Positions 40,044 through 53,939 of a DNA stretch of 64,000 bases are shown piece by piece. Source of the DNA: the human T2T-CHM13v2.0 reference genome, Homo sapiens. The number at the start of each line of letters is the position of its first letter. The stretch's first letter is position 1. Both the position numbers and the translations under genes were made by a program. The notes under the pieces are model-generated. The model was not told the origin of the DNA. It made no database searches and saw only the letters and a program-made list of their open reading frames with translations. The stretch lies in assembly GCF_009914755.1 (NCBI RefSeq), contig NC_060936.1, one strand, 5' to 3'.

Positions 40044-40620
40044 ATCCATCTGTCCCTCCACTCATCCATTCATTTATTCACCCACTCATCCATCCATCAG
40101 CCATCTATCCATCCATCCATCCATCCATCCACTCTTTCACCTATCCATTCATCCATCCATCTATTCATTCATCCATCCATCCACTCTTTCACCTATCCAT
40201 TCATCCATCCATCTATTCATTCATCCATCCTTCCATCCATCCATTCATCCATCCACCAATTCATTCACCTATTCATCCACTCATGCTTCCATTATTTATT
40301 CATTCACCCACTCATCCATCTACCCATCCATCCATTCATTCACCATTCATCCATTCATTCATTTTTCCATTATCCTTTCATTCACCCACTCATCCACCTA
40401 TCCATCCATCCATTCATTCATCTATCCATTCATCCATGCACCCACTCATCCATCCATCCATCCATTCATTCATCTATCCATTCATCCATGCACCCACTCA
40501 TCCATCCATCCATTCTTTCATCCATTTACCTATCCATTCACCCATTAATTCATTCTTCCCCTCATCCATCCATCCAGCAATCCATTAATCCATTCATCAA
40601 TCCATTTGTCCATTCAACAA
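40044..40620. repeat. (TCCA/TTCA)n tetranucleotide tract ending at an L2-like 3' end
   Basis: CATCCATC/CATTCATT runs ending in CATTCAACAAAT. Confidence 0.9.
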
Positions 40621-42589
40621 ATGGGGGACAGCTGAGGCCGAGACCAAGACCAAGTCCTGTCCCTTACTGGGCTTGTTTGCATTGCAAACAAAGAGTAACC
40701 AAAATAACCTACATTAAAACCTCAGGTGGTGATAAGGGAAGAAAATTGAAATAGGTGAAGGTCAGTGTGACATGGCAGAGGTGTGGGTGGGTCTCCCTCT
40801 GGTGTGTGGTCAGTAGCAGTAGAAGGTGTTTGAGTCACAGGGGCTGACCCTGGGGATGGGGAGCAGGTGGAAAGGAGGAGGTCCGGGATGAGCCTGGTCC
40901 ACTGCTCGGGGGAGGGAGAGGAGCACCCACCAAGGACACCCAGGGGCAGGTGTCTCACGGGCCAGGCTGGGGTCGGGGGCAATGCAGAAACACCAGCACT
41001 GATGAGAATGATGCCCACATTTGAGACTCACACTTCCATCTGGACTTTGTCATGCTGAAATGGTTCATTCTACCTGATCCATCTCGGTTAAATGAGGGGC
41101 ACCCCAGCAGCAGGAGAGCTCCGTATACTAACAGCAACCTCTGTTTAAGGGTTCTTGTGGCCAGGCACCAGCATCACCTCCTGTTTCAGTGGATTGTCTC
41201 ACAGTTCCCTGATTATTCTCTGAAATAAGACCATCTTGTCCTCATTGATGTTAGTGACACAAACCCCACTCGCAGGGCCTAAGCCCCAAAGGGGATTAAT
41301 GGGTGCTTCCAGGAGAGGGCGAGAGTGGCCTGTTTTCAGATCTGGGTGTGTCCAGAGCTCAGGTCACTATCACCAAGGCCTGGTCCACCCCTGGCTCTGC
41401 TTCCTCCATGTGGATTCCAGTCTCAAGCAGGCTCTGCCCACTGATTCCAGCAGGGCAATCTGTGCCACGCCCACCTCAGGTCACAGCCAGTGAGAAAGAC
41501 CAGACCCTTTCAGCCCAAATCTCCTTGCATCTGATTGGCCCTGATGGCTTCGCACCCCTATGCCTGAGCCAGTCACCTCCCATTGGAGGGCGTTGTGCTG
41601 ATTGACTGTGACTTGGTTATGGAATCTGCCCCTGGACTGGGGATGTCCCCAAACCACGTGGACTGAGGCTGGGTGAAGGGTGATCCTTAAGGGGCTGTTC
41701 CAGGCACTGGGGGAATAGCTGCTGAGTGGTGTCCCTGGGAGAGCATCAGTTTCCCTGCTTTACAGAGAAGGGAACCATGCTCGGTGGTGAGGATGGCTCT
41801 GGGATCACACAGCACAGCTGTCAGGGTCAGCACTGGGAGTTGGACCTGCACAGCAGGCCTGGGCTCTGATCTCTGGCTGGACTGTCCCAGACCTGCCTCT
41901 GGCCCTGAGCCACAAGTCAGCTCTGGAGACACCTGCGTGGAAAGGGCACACCCCATAGACCCTCTCCATTTTACCTAGAGCCTGACAAGCCCAGTGCAGG
42001 CAAGGGCCCACAGACAGTGCTATAAATCTACCCCTCAATGATAAACTGCAAAGCAGCCATAAAGTCTTCAGGAAACACATACCGTATGGCAATTAAAATG
42101 ATGTTCTCCCCCTCCGTCTCAGGGATGAGACATGTGAGGACCAGTGAGAAGTACTCATCTTTTACAATGAATGTCAACAGACTCTTACAAATGAATTCAC
42201 CCCAGACTACATTGTCATCTCCTGGGGACACGTTTAAATCGCCTTCTGTGTCTGTAAGTATCAGCTTGTCCTGGAGTCGACCCCAGATGTGATGAGCACA
42301 AATGCTAGCTTGGAAGCCTGGGGCTGCCTGAAGTCTCTGGGCTCCTGCACAGACAGACAGACACAGTGCATCCCTGGGCTCCTGTCCCTCTGTCACTCAC
42401 AGTCCTCTCTCAGCTTGGGTGTTCCATTGCACAGGCAGAAGTGGGGCTTGGTCTTGGCTCCTCCAGGCACCTCTGTCTCCTGACCCACGGCCTAGGGTGG
42501 CAGGATAAGAAGGGGACCTGGTGAGTGCAGCCATGACAGACACTCAATTGGACACAGTGCTCCCTCTGTGCTGGGTTTTGGACGGGTGT

Positions 42590-42897
42590 CCATTGTGATT
42601 TGCCCATGTTCCATTCCAATGGGAAAATGCTCCAGCCTGATTGGCTGGTGCTCCGTTGCGATTGGCTCATGCTCCATTCCGACTGGAAAATGCTCCAGCC
42701 TGACTGGCCTGTGCTTCATTGTGATTGGTTCATGCTCCATCCTAATTGGCTCATCATCTCATAATCCATTCTCATTGATCTATGCTCCATCCTTATTGGA
42801 AAATGCTTCATCTTGATTGGCCCATGCTCCAGTCTGTGTGGTCTGTGGTCAATTCGGATTGGTCCATGCACCATTCTGATAAGTCCATGCTCTATTT
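42590..42897. repeat. Degenerate 21-bp tandem repeat carrying ATTGG (reverse CCAAT) motifs
   Basis: Consensus approximately CATGCTCCATTCTGATTGGCY; ATTGG/ACTGG at 42640, 42661, 42682, 42703, 42724, 42745, then 42795, 42816 and 42858. Confidence 0.8.
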
Positions 42898-43483
42898 TAA
42901 TATTTCAGTGCCCTGGGGAATATGTTCCCAACTGGAACTTCCCACTGGTTTGGAAAGAGCAGGGAAATTCTCCCCACCACATCACCTGTCTGTGGTTTAT
43001 CCCCAGAGGTGAGATTCCTGCCCAGCATTCCGCACCCTTCAGCACATTCTAGCCCATTCCATTGTCTCTAAAAGAGAAAAGGCTCAGGGAAGGGTTGGGA
43101 ACAATTAGGTAAAGGGAACAAATCTGAGTTTCTTTTAAATCCTGAAGTTTTCTGCATTTGCAGATTCTCCAGGACCAGATGCTTAGCCATCTGTATGGAG
43201 CACTTTCTCCTGGAAACGATTTCCTGCCTCCCAAATGGTGCAATTCTTGACTGTGCTGACGGCCATATCACTGTTTCAGGAACAGATGTTCTAGCTGTTG
43301 GCACCCAGAGAGAGAAGGCTACCTGGTTCTGGAAATCTCATTTTCCAATTCAATAATGATGTGCAAGTGTGTTCACACTATGCTCTGCCACTGAGAGGCC
43401 CCTCCCCAGCCTGGGCTCAAACCCCCGGGTCCTCTTCTGCACTTGGGGTTCTCCGGCCCCCTCCCCAAATGTCTCCTCCCATA

Positions 43484-44277
43484 TGAATGAGTTAAGTGAT
43501 TGATTGAATGAGTGAGTGAATAAGTGAATGAGTAATGAGGAGTGAATGAGTGAGTGAATAAATGGGTAAATGAATGAGTGAATGAGTGAATGAATGAGTG
43601 AGTGAATGAGTGAGTGAGGGAGTGAGTGAATGAGTAATGAGGAGTGAATGAGTAAGTGAGAAAGTGTGTGGATGAAGGAGTGAATAAGTGAGGGAGTGAA
43701 TGAGTGAGAGAATGAGTGAGTGAATGAATGAGAAAGTGAGTGAGTGAGCAAGTGAATGAGTAATGAGGAGTGAATGAGTGAGTGAATGGGTAAGTGAGGG
43801 AGTGTGTGAATGAAGGAATGAATAGTGAAAGAGTGAAGGAGTGAATAAGTGAGGGAGTGAATGAGTGGATGAGAGAATGAGTGAGTGAATGAATGAGTGA
43901 GTGAATGAGAAAGTGAGGGAGTGAGTGAGGGAGTGAATTAATGATGGAATAAATGAGTGATTAAGTGAGTGAGAGAGTGAGTGAAGGAGGGAGTGAGTGA
44001 GAGAATAAGTAGATTAGTGAATGAAAGAGTGAGTGTGGGAGTGAGTGAGGGAATAAATGAGTTTTTGAATGAATGAATGAATGAGTGAGTGAATGAATGA
44101 ATGAATGAATGAGTGAGTGAATGAATGAATGAGTAAGTGAATGAGCAATAAGTAAATGAATGAATAAGTGAGGGAGTGAGTGAATGAGTGAGTGAGAGAA
44201 TGTGAGAGTAAATGAGTGAATGAGTTAGTGAGATGAATGAGTAAGGGAGGGAGTGAGGGAGGGAGTGAATGAGGGAG
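43484..44277. repeat. (GAAT/GAGT)n degenerate tetranucleotide tract
   Basis: GAATGAGTGAGT runs over about 800 bp. Confidence 0.92.
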
Positions 44278-44278
44278 T

Positions 44279-44724
44279 TGTCAACCCCGAATATCTGAGA
44301 CAAGTCTCAGTTAATTTAGAAAGTTTATTTTGCCAAGGTTGAGGACAGGTGCCCATGACACAGCTTCAGGAGGTCCTGATGACATGTGCCCAAGGTGGTC
44401 AGAGCACAGTTTGATTTTATTCATTTTAGGTAGACAAGAGACATCAATCAACATATGTAAGATGAACATTGCTTGGGTCTGGAAAGGTAGGACAACTCGA
44501 AGTGGGGAGGAGGCTTCCAGGTCATAGGTAGAGAAGAGACAAATGGTTGCATTCTTTTGAGTTTCTAATTAGCCTCTCCAAAGGAGGCAATCAGATATGC
44601 ACTTAACTCAATGAGCAGAGTGGTGACTTTGAATAGAATGGGAGGCAGGTTTTTCCTAAGCAGTTCCCAGCTTGACCTTTAGCTTAGTGATTTTTGAGGT
44701 CCCAAGATTTATTTTCCTTTCACA
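44279..44724 (-). mobile_element. MER4A/MER4A1 3' LTR
   Basis: TGTCAACCCC…ATTTATTTTCCTTTCACA, immediately followed by TTTCTCCCCTTTTCTTTTT (antisense polypurine tract). Confidence 0.9.
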
Positions 44725-47700
44725 TTTCTCCCCTTTTCTTTTTTAAAAATCTTTTGAAGAAGGTATTTTAGAAGAAAATGAGTCTCTGGTCTCAGGTTTC
44801 ATCTGATATCTCCTGGCTAGGATGGTTTATTCCTAGATTGGTACATCCTGAGTTATGAGAAAAGTTCATTTTTAGTAGCTTGTTAGGTCTCATGTCCTAT
44901 GAAGAGAAAATAGGGGGATAAAGGGAGAAAACAACAACAAACAAAAGAACAATCCTGGAAAATTTATATAGGCTGCATTACTCTGAAGTCTATACATCAG
45001 TAGGCAGGTATGAAAGTGGCTTATGTGTGTAAATATGTATGTTATTTTTTTCTGAAGTTTAAGTTGTCTGGCTTCAGTTCACAGGGCTTTAAGAAAGCAC
45101 AGCTTAGTTTTTAGTGACTCTAAATTAGGAAAAATGGGGGGTATTTTTTTCCTTCTAAAGGAAAGAAAAAATGGAAAACACTATTTTGAAGACTGTAGCC
45201 AAGAAAATTAGAATTCAGCCCAAACTGTAGAAAATAATAAAAATTGAAAAATATTAGGCAAGTCTAGAATCTAACAACAGGTGTACTATAGTTTTTGAAA
45301 CATATTTTTTCCTCTCTCTAGTTTTTATCTTTATTAAAGACAAGTCATGGTAGGACTGATTTGCTTTATTATACTTGGCCTGATTATTTGGCTTTTACAT
45401 TAATTTTGATGGAACTTTGCTCCAAAGAAGGAATCTCAGATAAGACCTTTTTAAAGCTGAGCCCAGCCATGGATTTTTACCATCAAATACCTATGAGTTG
45501 GGTGAATTTCTCTCCTTCTGAGGTCTTAAGATAAACTCAGGGCTTCTGGGCCTATTAGAAAGTGATATTTTTTACTTACCACAGGCGAGGAACCCTGTAC
45601 AGGGACTGTGCAGACAAGTCATGAGGTTAGTTTTCCCTAAGGGGCTTTTATTGGCTCCATAAGTCAATTTTGATATCTTTAAGGAAAACACATCATTCCA
45701 GTCAAAATCCTGGTAAAATAACTAGTTTCTCCAATTGTTTTCTGTTACAAGTGAAAACAGATTCTTATTGCACTTATGCAAATAACTGTATTGCCATAAG
45801 TTAAGAATACTCAAAAATAGTTTCTAAATTCTGGAGAAATCAGGTAGAAAGAAACAAATATGCTCCAAATTTTGTTCATAGGAGTATACTAAATTGTTAA
45901 AAGCTGTCAATAGCTCAAAAGAAAAGTTTTCTTGACTCTGAAAAAACAAAACAAAGGATTAGCAATGGTTTAAGCTTCAAAAAGTCACTTCAAAAAGTTT
46001 ACTTCAGTCTTCCCTTAGTTCAGTCCATGCAGTAAATTCTTGTTCTGCTTGATATTCATAAACATTTCAGCTACCCATGAGTCCTGAAAGTTTTTTCTCT
46101 GTTCTGATTTCACAGTCTCCAAAGTTATCAGAAATCTGTATTCAAGAGCACCTGTTGGAGTTTTATACCTGATTATAAAAACACCTTCTAAAGCGGACCA
46201 AAACAAGACAACAGTTTTCCATGGATGACAACAGTTTTAGGGAAGCCATAGTCAAAGACACATTGACAAGGAAATTTGTTACCTCTGTGGCACAAAATAA
46301 TTTAATATAACAATTATAATTATTATTGATAATGTACACTAAGTCATATCAGAATTGTAGGCGTTTCCCATAATTTTGGAACACATATTTATACAAATAC
46401 AGCCCAAAGAAAACCAACACCATTTCATATTTGACAATGCTTCTTGTATAATTTTTATGACAAATAAAACAAATTATGTCATTTTTGGACTTTAGGGAAC
46501 CTAACATCTTAAAGGATTAATTAAGTCAGAAAAAGGCATAATTTATAATTTGAGAGTTTGTCGTATATCAAAGGCTTGATAGACACTTGATATCACAGGT
46601 CATTTTAAAATAAGTCATTCATTACACCAAAGTGATAACTCAAGGATTTTTTTTTTAAAGGGCAAAAACCTTTATTCTTTCAAAGAGGAGACTTAATTTT
46701 CCAAGCAATAAGCCCTAATAAAAACAGTATGAAGCCAATTAAATTTGTTTTTCAAAATTTTATAAACAATCTATAAAATTTAAATATTGACCATAAGATA
46801 TAACTTCTATAAGCTTTCTATAACCTTTATAACATTTATTAAGGAGTCGGTGAATGCTTCAAGAAAACCTTGTTAATCTGACACAGGGGCCTATATGCTG
46901 GTCTTGCATCAGTGTGCCTTTGACATTAATGATTAATTCATACAGAAACTGAACTTATTTTATCTCTCAAAATTGGCCCTGACAATCTCATATGCCCACC
47001 TCTTCCATGATAGTCCCTGGGCCTTTAGGAGTTGAATAGCTTTAATTTCTGGCCCTGTGTCTCAGGAATGCAGTTTATTTTGATTGGCATCTTCTACTGG
47101 CCCCGAAGATGAGGCTTTAATTGTTGTCAGTGTTTAAGATTTATCAGGACTTGGTGTCCTTTTTAGATGAGTCAAAGCCCTGTAACACAATGTCACAAGG
47201 ACTTTAAAAGCTTATACAGAAAGATACAGGGATGTAATAACCTTAATTTAAAAAAAATTCTTTTAATCTGAGTTTTTTTCCTAAGCAGACCAAAACAATA
47301 ATAATGGCATAGCAATTGTTTCAATAAACTGTAAAATCTGTTAGGCCAGTTACCAATGGCAAAAGAAAAGACCTTCTGCACTACACAGAATGGTATGTTG
47401 GAAGAAAACATTGCCTTTGGAACTTTAAGAAAACATCGTTACCATCAGGCCACAACAAACAGATCTCAAAGAAAAAAACATATGAGCTTAAAAATGAGTT
47501 GAAGGAGAGTATTACTATTTCTCACCCTTTAAAAGGGAAGAGAAAACCTAAAATGGCAAGATGCAATAAAAGTTGAACTTTGGGTTAAAAAAATTAAAAT
47601 CTCTTATAATTAATTAAGAGTAAATCAATCCCTTAAGAAAATTTTATTGTTCTTATATGTGGTTTTTACATTAAGCCCAATCTCTATAAAGACCATTATA

Positions 47701-50700
47701 ATTTCCCTTTAATTAATAGACAACTTGATCTGAAAGTTTTTGGTCTTTTTTGACAAATCCTCTTACTGTGACTTACAAAGACCATTCATGACAGCTTGGA
47801 CTTTCTGGTGTGTCCTGAATGTTCCTCTTTCTTAAACACCAGTCATTTTATTTGAGGACTAAATTTACCATACAAGATTCTTCTCATACAAAATTATTTC
47901 TCTTTAAGCTTTATTACCAAAAAAATCACCTTTCTTTTTATAACTTTTTTTTGCATTTTTCTCATTTCCTGGTTCCTTTTACCTTGTTTTATACATAACC
48001 TTTAAAGAAGCTTCGAATTATACAAAAATCATTCACCTTTTTAAAAAGAACGCACTTTTTTAGAAAAAACATTTTCCTACAAATATATTTTTATTGGAAA
48101 ATACCCAAATAATGAAATGTATATTTAATTTGATATAACTTTAGATTCTAAATTATGATGAGTTTGTCTACAAGTATCCCATTACATTTATCTAATTATT
48201 TTATTTTAATCATTTACCTAGATTATTTATGAAAACTGCAATAGTCATCATTTAAAGTTAAGGAACGGCCATTGTAAAATTATAACTGAGAGAGTGAAAA
48301 AATCTGAACTAACTGGCTTTATCTTGCTTCTAACCTCCAATCTGTCCTTGTTCATTCCTAGGCATAGGCCGAACTAACTTTGGGATGAACTTAGTTTATA
48401 GTTTAGCTTTGAAACAAAGACAATAGCAGTCCTTTCCCAAAATAAACCTTACTGCCTGTGGACTAGACTGCCTAAAGCCACAGATTACAAGTTATGGCAA
48501 TCTTACTAAATTCTGGATGTAGCTAATTTCATTAAACCAATAGCAATGTCTTATTTATTAAAAAATTACATAAGCAGACATCACTCTGTTTTGGGCTGGG
48601 TTTATGGTTTTGAAATCCTTATGCCAAATTTTGACACCTTATAGTATTTGGCAGGGATAAGTACAAAATTGCTGAATTAGTAAATGCAAACAAAAATGTG
48701 TGCTGGCAATTCGTAACATATTTATAATATTATTATACTTTACCAATAATTTTAAAGCTAGCTTATTTAAGATTTTACTTAAGTTACATAAACTTGAAAA
48801 AGCATTTGACTCGTCTTTTCTTTTTTCCTGATAAAGTATTTGATTCAAGAGCTTTTATTTTCTTAAGCCAATTAACTAGAGCCCTTTTATATATTTTCAG
48901 CAGTGAAACATTTTGCACACAACACATAAATAGATATATGTATTAGGCATGCCCATAGAAGCACATCTTATAGGTTTATAAAAACATTTTTTCCTATCTT
49001 AGACTTTCAAATTATTGATAACCTGTTTCACTACTCTAGACAGTTGTCAGCTAAATAAGCCTTAAATGTGTATATTAAAGGAAACAACTCAGGTAAAAAT
49101 CAAATAGCAAAATTTACCTCATAATGTGCAGGGAGAAAAAATAAAAGTGTGCTAGAGGGAAATCAAAATAGATTTAATTGCCAATTAAACATAAAATTAT
49201 AGAAATTATAAAGACCTTTTAAATATATACACACACAAGGATCCTATAGCTTTTACTTCAAAACTTTAGCCATGAGATAAATAAAAATTCACCAGCTTGT
49301 AAAAAAATGCCTGTTGGATCCAAACAGTGGTTTTTATCTTAATAGAAAAATAGCATCAGATTTAAAGTAGGCAGAAAAGAAAATAGAGAAAAAGAAAACT
49401 TAGGAACTCTATTGTTTGCAGGTTGACCTTAGGGCTCTTTTTCCTTAATGTAAATGTGCACAAAGACCATATTACTTCCATTTTACATAAACTCTGGCAG
49501 TAGAGGTGCCATAAAATCTACAGAGTGTTCACAAAGGGGCTATTCTCCTTGTTTTCTCCTCATTCTTATTTGTTTCCCTTTTTTTTTTTTAAGGAGGAAC
49601 TGAGCTGTAGCCTAGCTTTTTTGTGTGGTGGATCGATGTGTGCTACTTGTGGACAGGACACCACAGTGTGTCACCACTGAGTCATTTCTGCCCTCTTACA
49701 TGTCTCAGTTTCTCTCTCTCCAGAGGTCTATGACCTCTGAGAGGGCTCAAAATGCTGGGTGATCAGCCCTTTTATGCATTTCCTGAATAAATCTTTTTAT
49801 TAAATTAATTTTCATTGGAGATTTCCCTGTAGGGCCCCTGCATGTCATGGGGAGTCAACACCCCAGACACCTCTATGAGGCCTCCAGTCACCCATTGGTG
49901 CCTTTCAGCTGGGAAGAGCAAAATGCCTCTTCTCCTTGGAGCTGAGAAAACTCAGTTTATTTACCTATGAAAACAACAGTTTAGTTCCTCATGCAAATGC
50001 ACACAGACAAGCTGAATCTAGATTAATTTGGGGAGAAAAAGCAATAGAGAAGACCCTTAAGAATGCATCTCCAAACTAGAATTAGGATCCTTAAACAACT
50101 TCCTGGGAGAAGCAAACAAACAAACAAACAAAAAACAGCCAAGACCATTTCCTGTATTTGCTCAGCCACTCCTAACTTTGTAGCTCTCATCTGCCATTAC
50201 ACACGCCAAGGTCAAATCCTTTCACAGTACAAGGTCATCTCTGCTACCCCCAAAGCCAAAGAGGTCAGGTCATGCAATACAGGAAAACAGAGCTTTAGGC
50301 CTAAGAAAAATCTGCCCATGACTCTTGAAACTCCATAAAGAAAACAGAACACCCCAGAATGGGTGAGTGGCACCTTTGTTCTGAATTCTTTAAAGGGGTT
50401 CAAGTCCTTAGAAGCCTTCTCTAGATTTTTGGTATGCAAATGTCAAAGTGGGAGGAAGGAGCTATAGAGTAGAAGAAAAGTAAAGAAAGAACATTTGTTT
50501 TTTTAAAGCAGGAAGCAAACACAGAAACCAAGCACACAGTTTTTTGGGTTTTTGAATTTTGTTTTTTCCTCTTTTTCAGCTGTGAGAAATTTTAGCCAAA
50601 TTAGAGAGGCTTTGTTACCCGTAATTTGGAATTCTCACTTGCATTTGACCAAGTCAGGTAGAGTTGGTCAAATCTGATGACAGAAAGACCGGAACAAACA

Positions 50701-51075
50701 ACAACAAAAACTAATAATACGATCACTGAGCACCTAATGGTAAAGATAAGTTAAGACTCTAATGATAAAGATAAGTTAAGACCAGCCGGTTGTTAAACTT
50801 AAGCCAAGACAAGACCCCAATTCAGCTACTTACTGAGGGATGGGTCTCAGGCTCAAGACTGCTCTCTACCATCCTAGAGGCAGGAAAAAACTCAAACTTG
50901 TCTTCCCTGCTGGGAGTGAGCTCAAACTCCATAAAGAAGTTACCTGCTTTCCATTGTCATGGAAACAGGAAATTTTGCCTCCCTTGTTGGAAGCAAGTAA
51001 AACTCCAATAAAAGTAGTTGTACAGCAAAACAAACTTTAGATCTTGACCAAATTTGGGGAGATCAGGGATTCTTG
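44725..51075 (-). mobile_element. MER4-int non-autonomous ERV1 internal region, 5'-truncated
   Basis: About 6.3 kb AT-rich block with no long ORFs, contiguous with the LTR and PPT; composition switches back to GC-rich at about 51075 with no 5' LTR. Confidence 0.75.
48262..48497 (+). mobile_element. LTR8-like 5' fragment embedded in MER4-int
   Basis: AAAATTATAACTGAG…ATCTTGCTTCTAACCTCCAA…TGTCCTTGTTCATTCCT…GCCGAACTAACTTTGGGA…GACTAGACTGCCT follows the recalled LTR8 start. Confidence 0.7.
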
Positions 51076-51454
51076 TGTGTGTGTGTGTCGGGGTGGGGGT
51101 TACAATTATGGGAAAAGCCCCGCTGGACCTCCTGTTGCCAAGAGAAAGGTGCCTCTACCTTCAACTCGGTAGAACAGAGTGGGTGTCAGGAGGGTGGGAT
51201 CTGAGGCCATGGCCAGGTGCCCCTCAGTGAGTGGATTCCCCAGACAGAGTCTTTACCTCCCACCCTGCCAGCTCCCCCTCACACATCTATTCCTATTATT
51301 TCAGTGAATGGCACCGTCCTCCTCCCATCGATCTGGGTGCAGAGCCCTAGAAACAAGGCCCAAGAGGGCCTGGAAGAAATGAGAAGAGGACTCCATGGTC
51401 ATGGTCAGCCCCTTCCTGCACTTACTCCTCACCCACATCTCCAGCCCTGGGCTC

Positions 51455-51670
51455 TCCTGGGGTCCCCTCCTGGGTTTCCTGTGGTTCCCTCCTGGGTCTC
51501 CCGTGGTCGCTTCCTGGGTCTCCCATGGTTCCCTCCTGGATCTCCCATGGTTCCCTCCTGGGTCTCCCATGGTTCCCTCCTGGATCTCCCATGGTTCCCT
51601 CCTGGGTCTCCCATGGTCCCTTCCTGGGTCTCCCATGGTCCCCTCCTGCATCTCCCATGGTCCCCTCCTG
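51455..51670. repeat. 22-bp minisatellite (CCCTCCTGGRTCTCCCATGGTT), about 10 copies
   Basis: Directly visible tandem units. Confidence 0.92.
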
Positions 51671-52539
51671 CGGAGGGAGTGGCAGCTCCTGGATATTCTA
51701 ACTCACCTCTCAGGTCTGCACACCCTCCCAGCCCCCTTGGTGTTTCTTTCTCATCTGAGCAAATCCCTTTGGCATCAGAGAGAGGCCTGTGGACAGCCCA
51801 CAGGAAGGCATCTAGGACAGTGAAGCTCAAAGCACTTCCCTGGTGTTGGGGTGAAGGCTGATGTTTCCAGAGAAGACATGTTTCCACCACACTCTACATG
51901 GCTGCCTAGTTCTTCTCTGTCCACACCAGCCTGGCTGTCAGGAAAGGCACATTTGCATGGAAGGGTCTCAGGGTGTGGAAGAAAGGCAGACTCAGGGTGG
52001 ACTCAGACAGGAACAGAACCACATGCATCGCATGAAAAGCACCATCAGTGGACAGAAACCCTTAGTCAGACTTCACAGCATTAACAGCCCCAGCATAAAA
52101 GAAATTGCTCGGCATGTCTCCTCCCATCTCTGCACATCATGTGTCAGGTGGCCACTCAGATGGCTAATTGACTCCTTTGAGGAGCAGAGGCTGGGTCCAG
52201 GCAGAAACAGTGGTTCTGGTGTGATAATGTGACAATTAAACAAAGTGGCATCTGATTAAGTGACCACATCGATTCTCTTAACATGAAAGGAGAATAGCTT
52301 CTGGACTGGGTGGCATAAACCTCACTCTCTTTGGAGAGTGATGAATGATAGGGTCATTAAGGAACAGAGAAGAAAATGGGCAGACAAATAAATGGAGAAT
52401 TGGTAAAAACGGGGATGGGTGTGCAGTGGAAGACTGGATAATTGCAGGATAAATGGTGTAATTGGGTAAAATCCAGATGACTGGTTAAAACGGGTAATGG
52501 GTGTATAAATGGATGAGAGATTAGATGGCAGATATATGG

Positions 52540-52975
52540 GCAGATGGATGGATGGATAGATGGAAGAGAGAAGAATGGATAGTAACCTGGGAATATGTTC
52601 AGATAAGAGGATGGGCAGATGGATGGATGGATGGATGGATGGATGGAAGAGAGAAGAATGGATAGTAACCTGGGTATATGTTCAGATAAGTGGATGGACA
52701 GATGGATGGATGGATGGATGGATGGATGAAAGAAGAATGGTTAGTAACCTGGGTATATGATCAGATAACTGGATGAACGGATGGATGGATGGATGGAAGA
52801 GAGAAGAATGGATAGTAACCTGGATATATGTTCAGATAAGTGGATGGGCAGATGAATGGACAGATGGATGGATGGATGGATGCATGGAAGAGAGAAGACT
52901 GGATAGTAAACTGAGTATAAGTTCAGATAAGTGGATGGACAGACAGATGAACAGATGGATGGATGGTGGATGGAT
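52540..52975 (+). repeat. Composite satellite: (GGAT)n alternating with a ~50-bp unit, about 5 units
   Basis: GGAAGAGAGAAGAATGGATAGTAACCTGGGTATATGTTCAGATAAG recurs between GGAT runs. Confidence 0.9.
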
Positions 52976-53939
52976 TAGTGAGAAGGTAGGTGGCCATACA
53001 CACAAATGACAACTTTGAGAGCACATATTTGACTTAAATCTTAGGGTCATCACGTTCCCAGGAGATGCGTTACTCCTCACCTGCTATTCCCAGCAGCCCA
53101 AACTTCCTGTTTCCACCACTTCCCCTGATCAATTCGGATACTCAGGGAATGAGGGGGTCACAATCTGAGTCAGCAGGAGGTCAGCCAACCTGGCCAGCGG
53201 TATGGATGCCCCAGGCAGCCCACATGTGGGTGGTGACTTGAACCTACACAGGCAATGGGGGAGGAATTCGGGCAGTTACCTGGATAATTGGGATAAAAAC
53301 AACTCCACTCAAGAACCTGGAGGACTCGGGCCTCATGGGCTCTGGCGGGACACGATCCTCGGGTCACTCCCCTCCCCGTCCCTGCGCAAGTCCTGACCCA
53401 GGGAGCCCCTCCCCTGCGGAGGGCAATGCTGAGCCAGCCCTGGGCACAGACAGGTCTGAGTGTCCCCGTCTTCTCCACCAGGGGAACCACAGCCCGTCTT
53501 TCCTCCAACAGAAACCAACCACATCCCCGGATGACACTCAGACAAGCCACTTTCTATTGACTTCAATTTGCATTTTAAATAGACTAAGTGGCTCCGGAAA
53601 GAAAGCAGAAGTTCATTAGTGTTGTGAAATGCCATTTCCATCAACTCCTTGCATGGGAATCCTAATTACAGCTCCCTGGGGAGCAGTGGCAGGACCCAGG
53701 CCCACCGAGCCAGCAGCTGGAGCAGAAGTGAGCAGAGAGCAGCTTTGGCTTCCTGGGCCCTGGCTGGGAGAGCGGGGCTGCCTGGGTAAAGGAGCCCCCT
53801 CCTCCAACTCAGAGGCCCCTGGATCCTGACCCTGGCCGGCCAGCGGCCTGACCAGCAGCCGTGTCAGCAGCATTGCCCCGGGAGCAGGGGCTCTCAGTCC
53901 TGGTGTGCTCTGGAACCCAAGGAGCCTGAGACAATCTCG

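Noticed and set aside
39928-40754. His/Pro/Ser/Ile-rich ORFs (also near 16100, 20200, 55400 and 57100)
   Set aside because: Translations of tetra- and dinucleotide repeats.
41235-41690. Possible MLT1 (ERVL-MaLR) fragment
   Set aside because: Only scattered motifs (CTGATTGGCC, CCTGAGCCAGTCAC); too diverged to call by eye.
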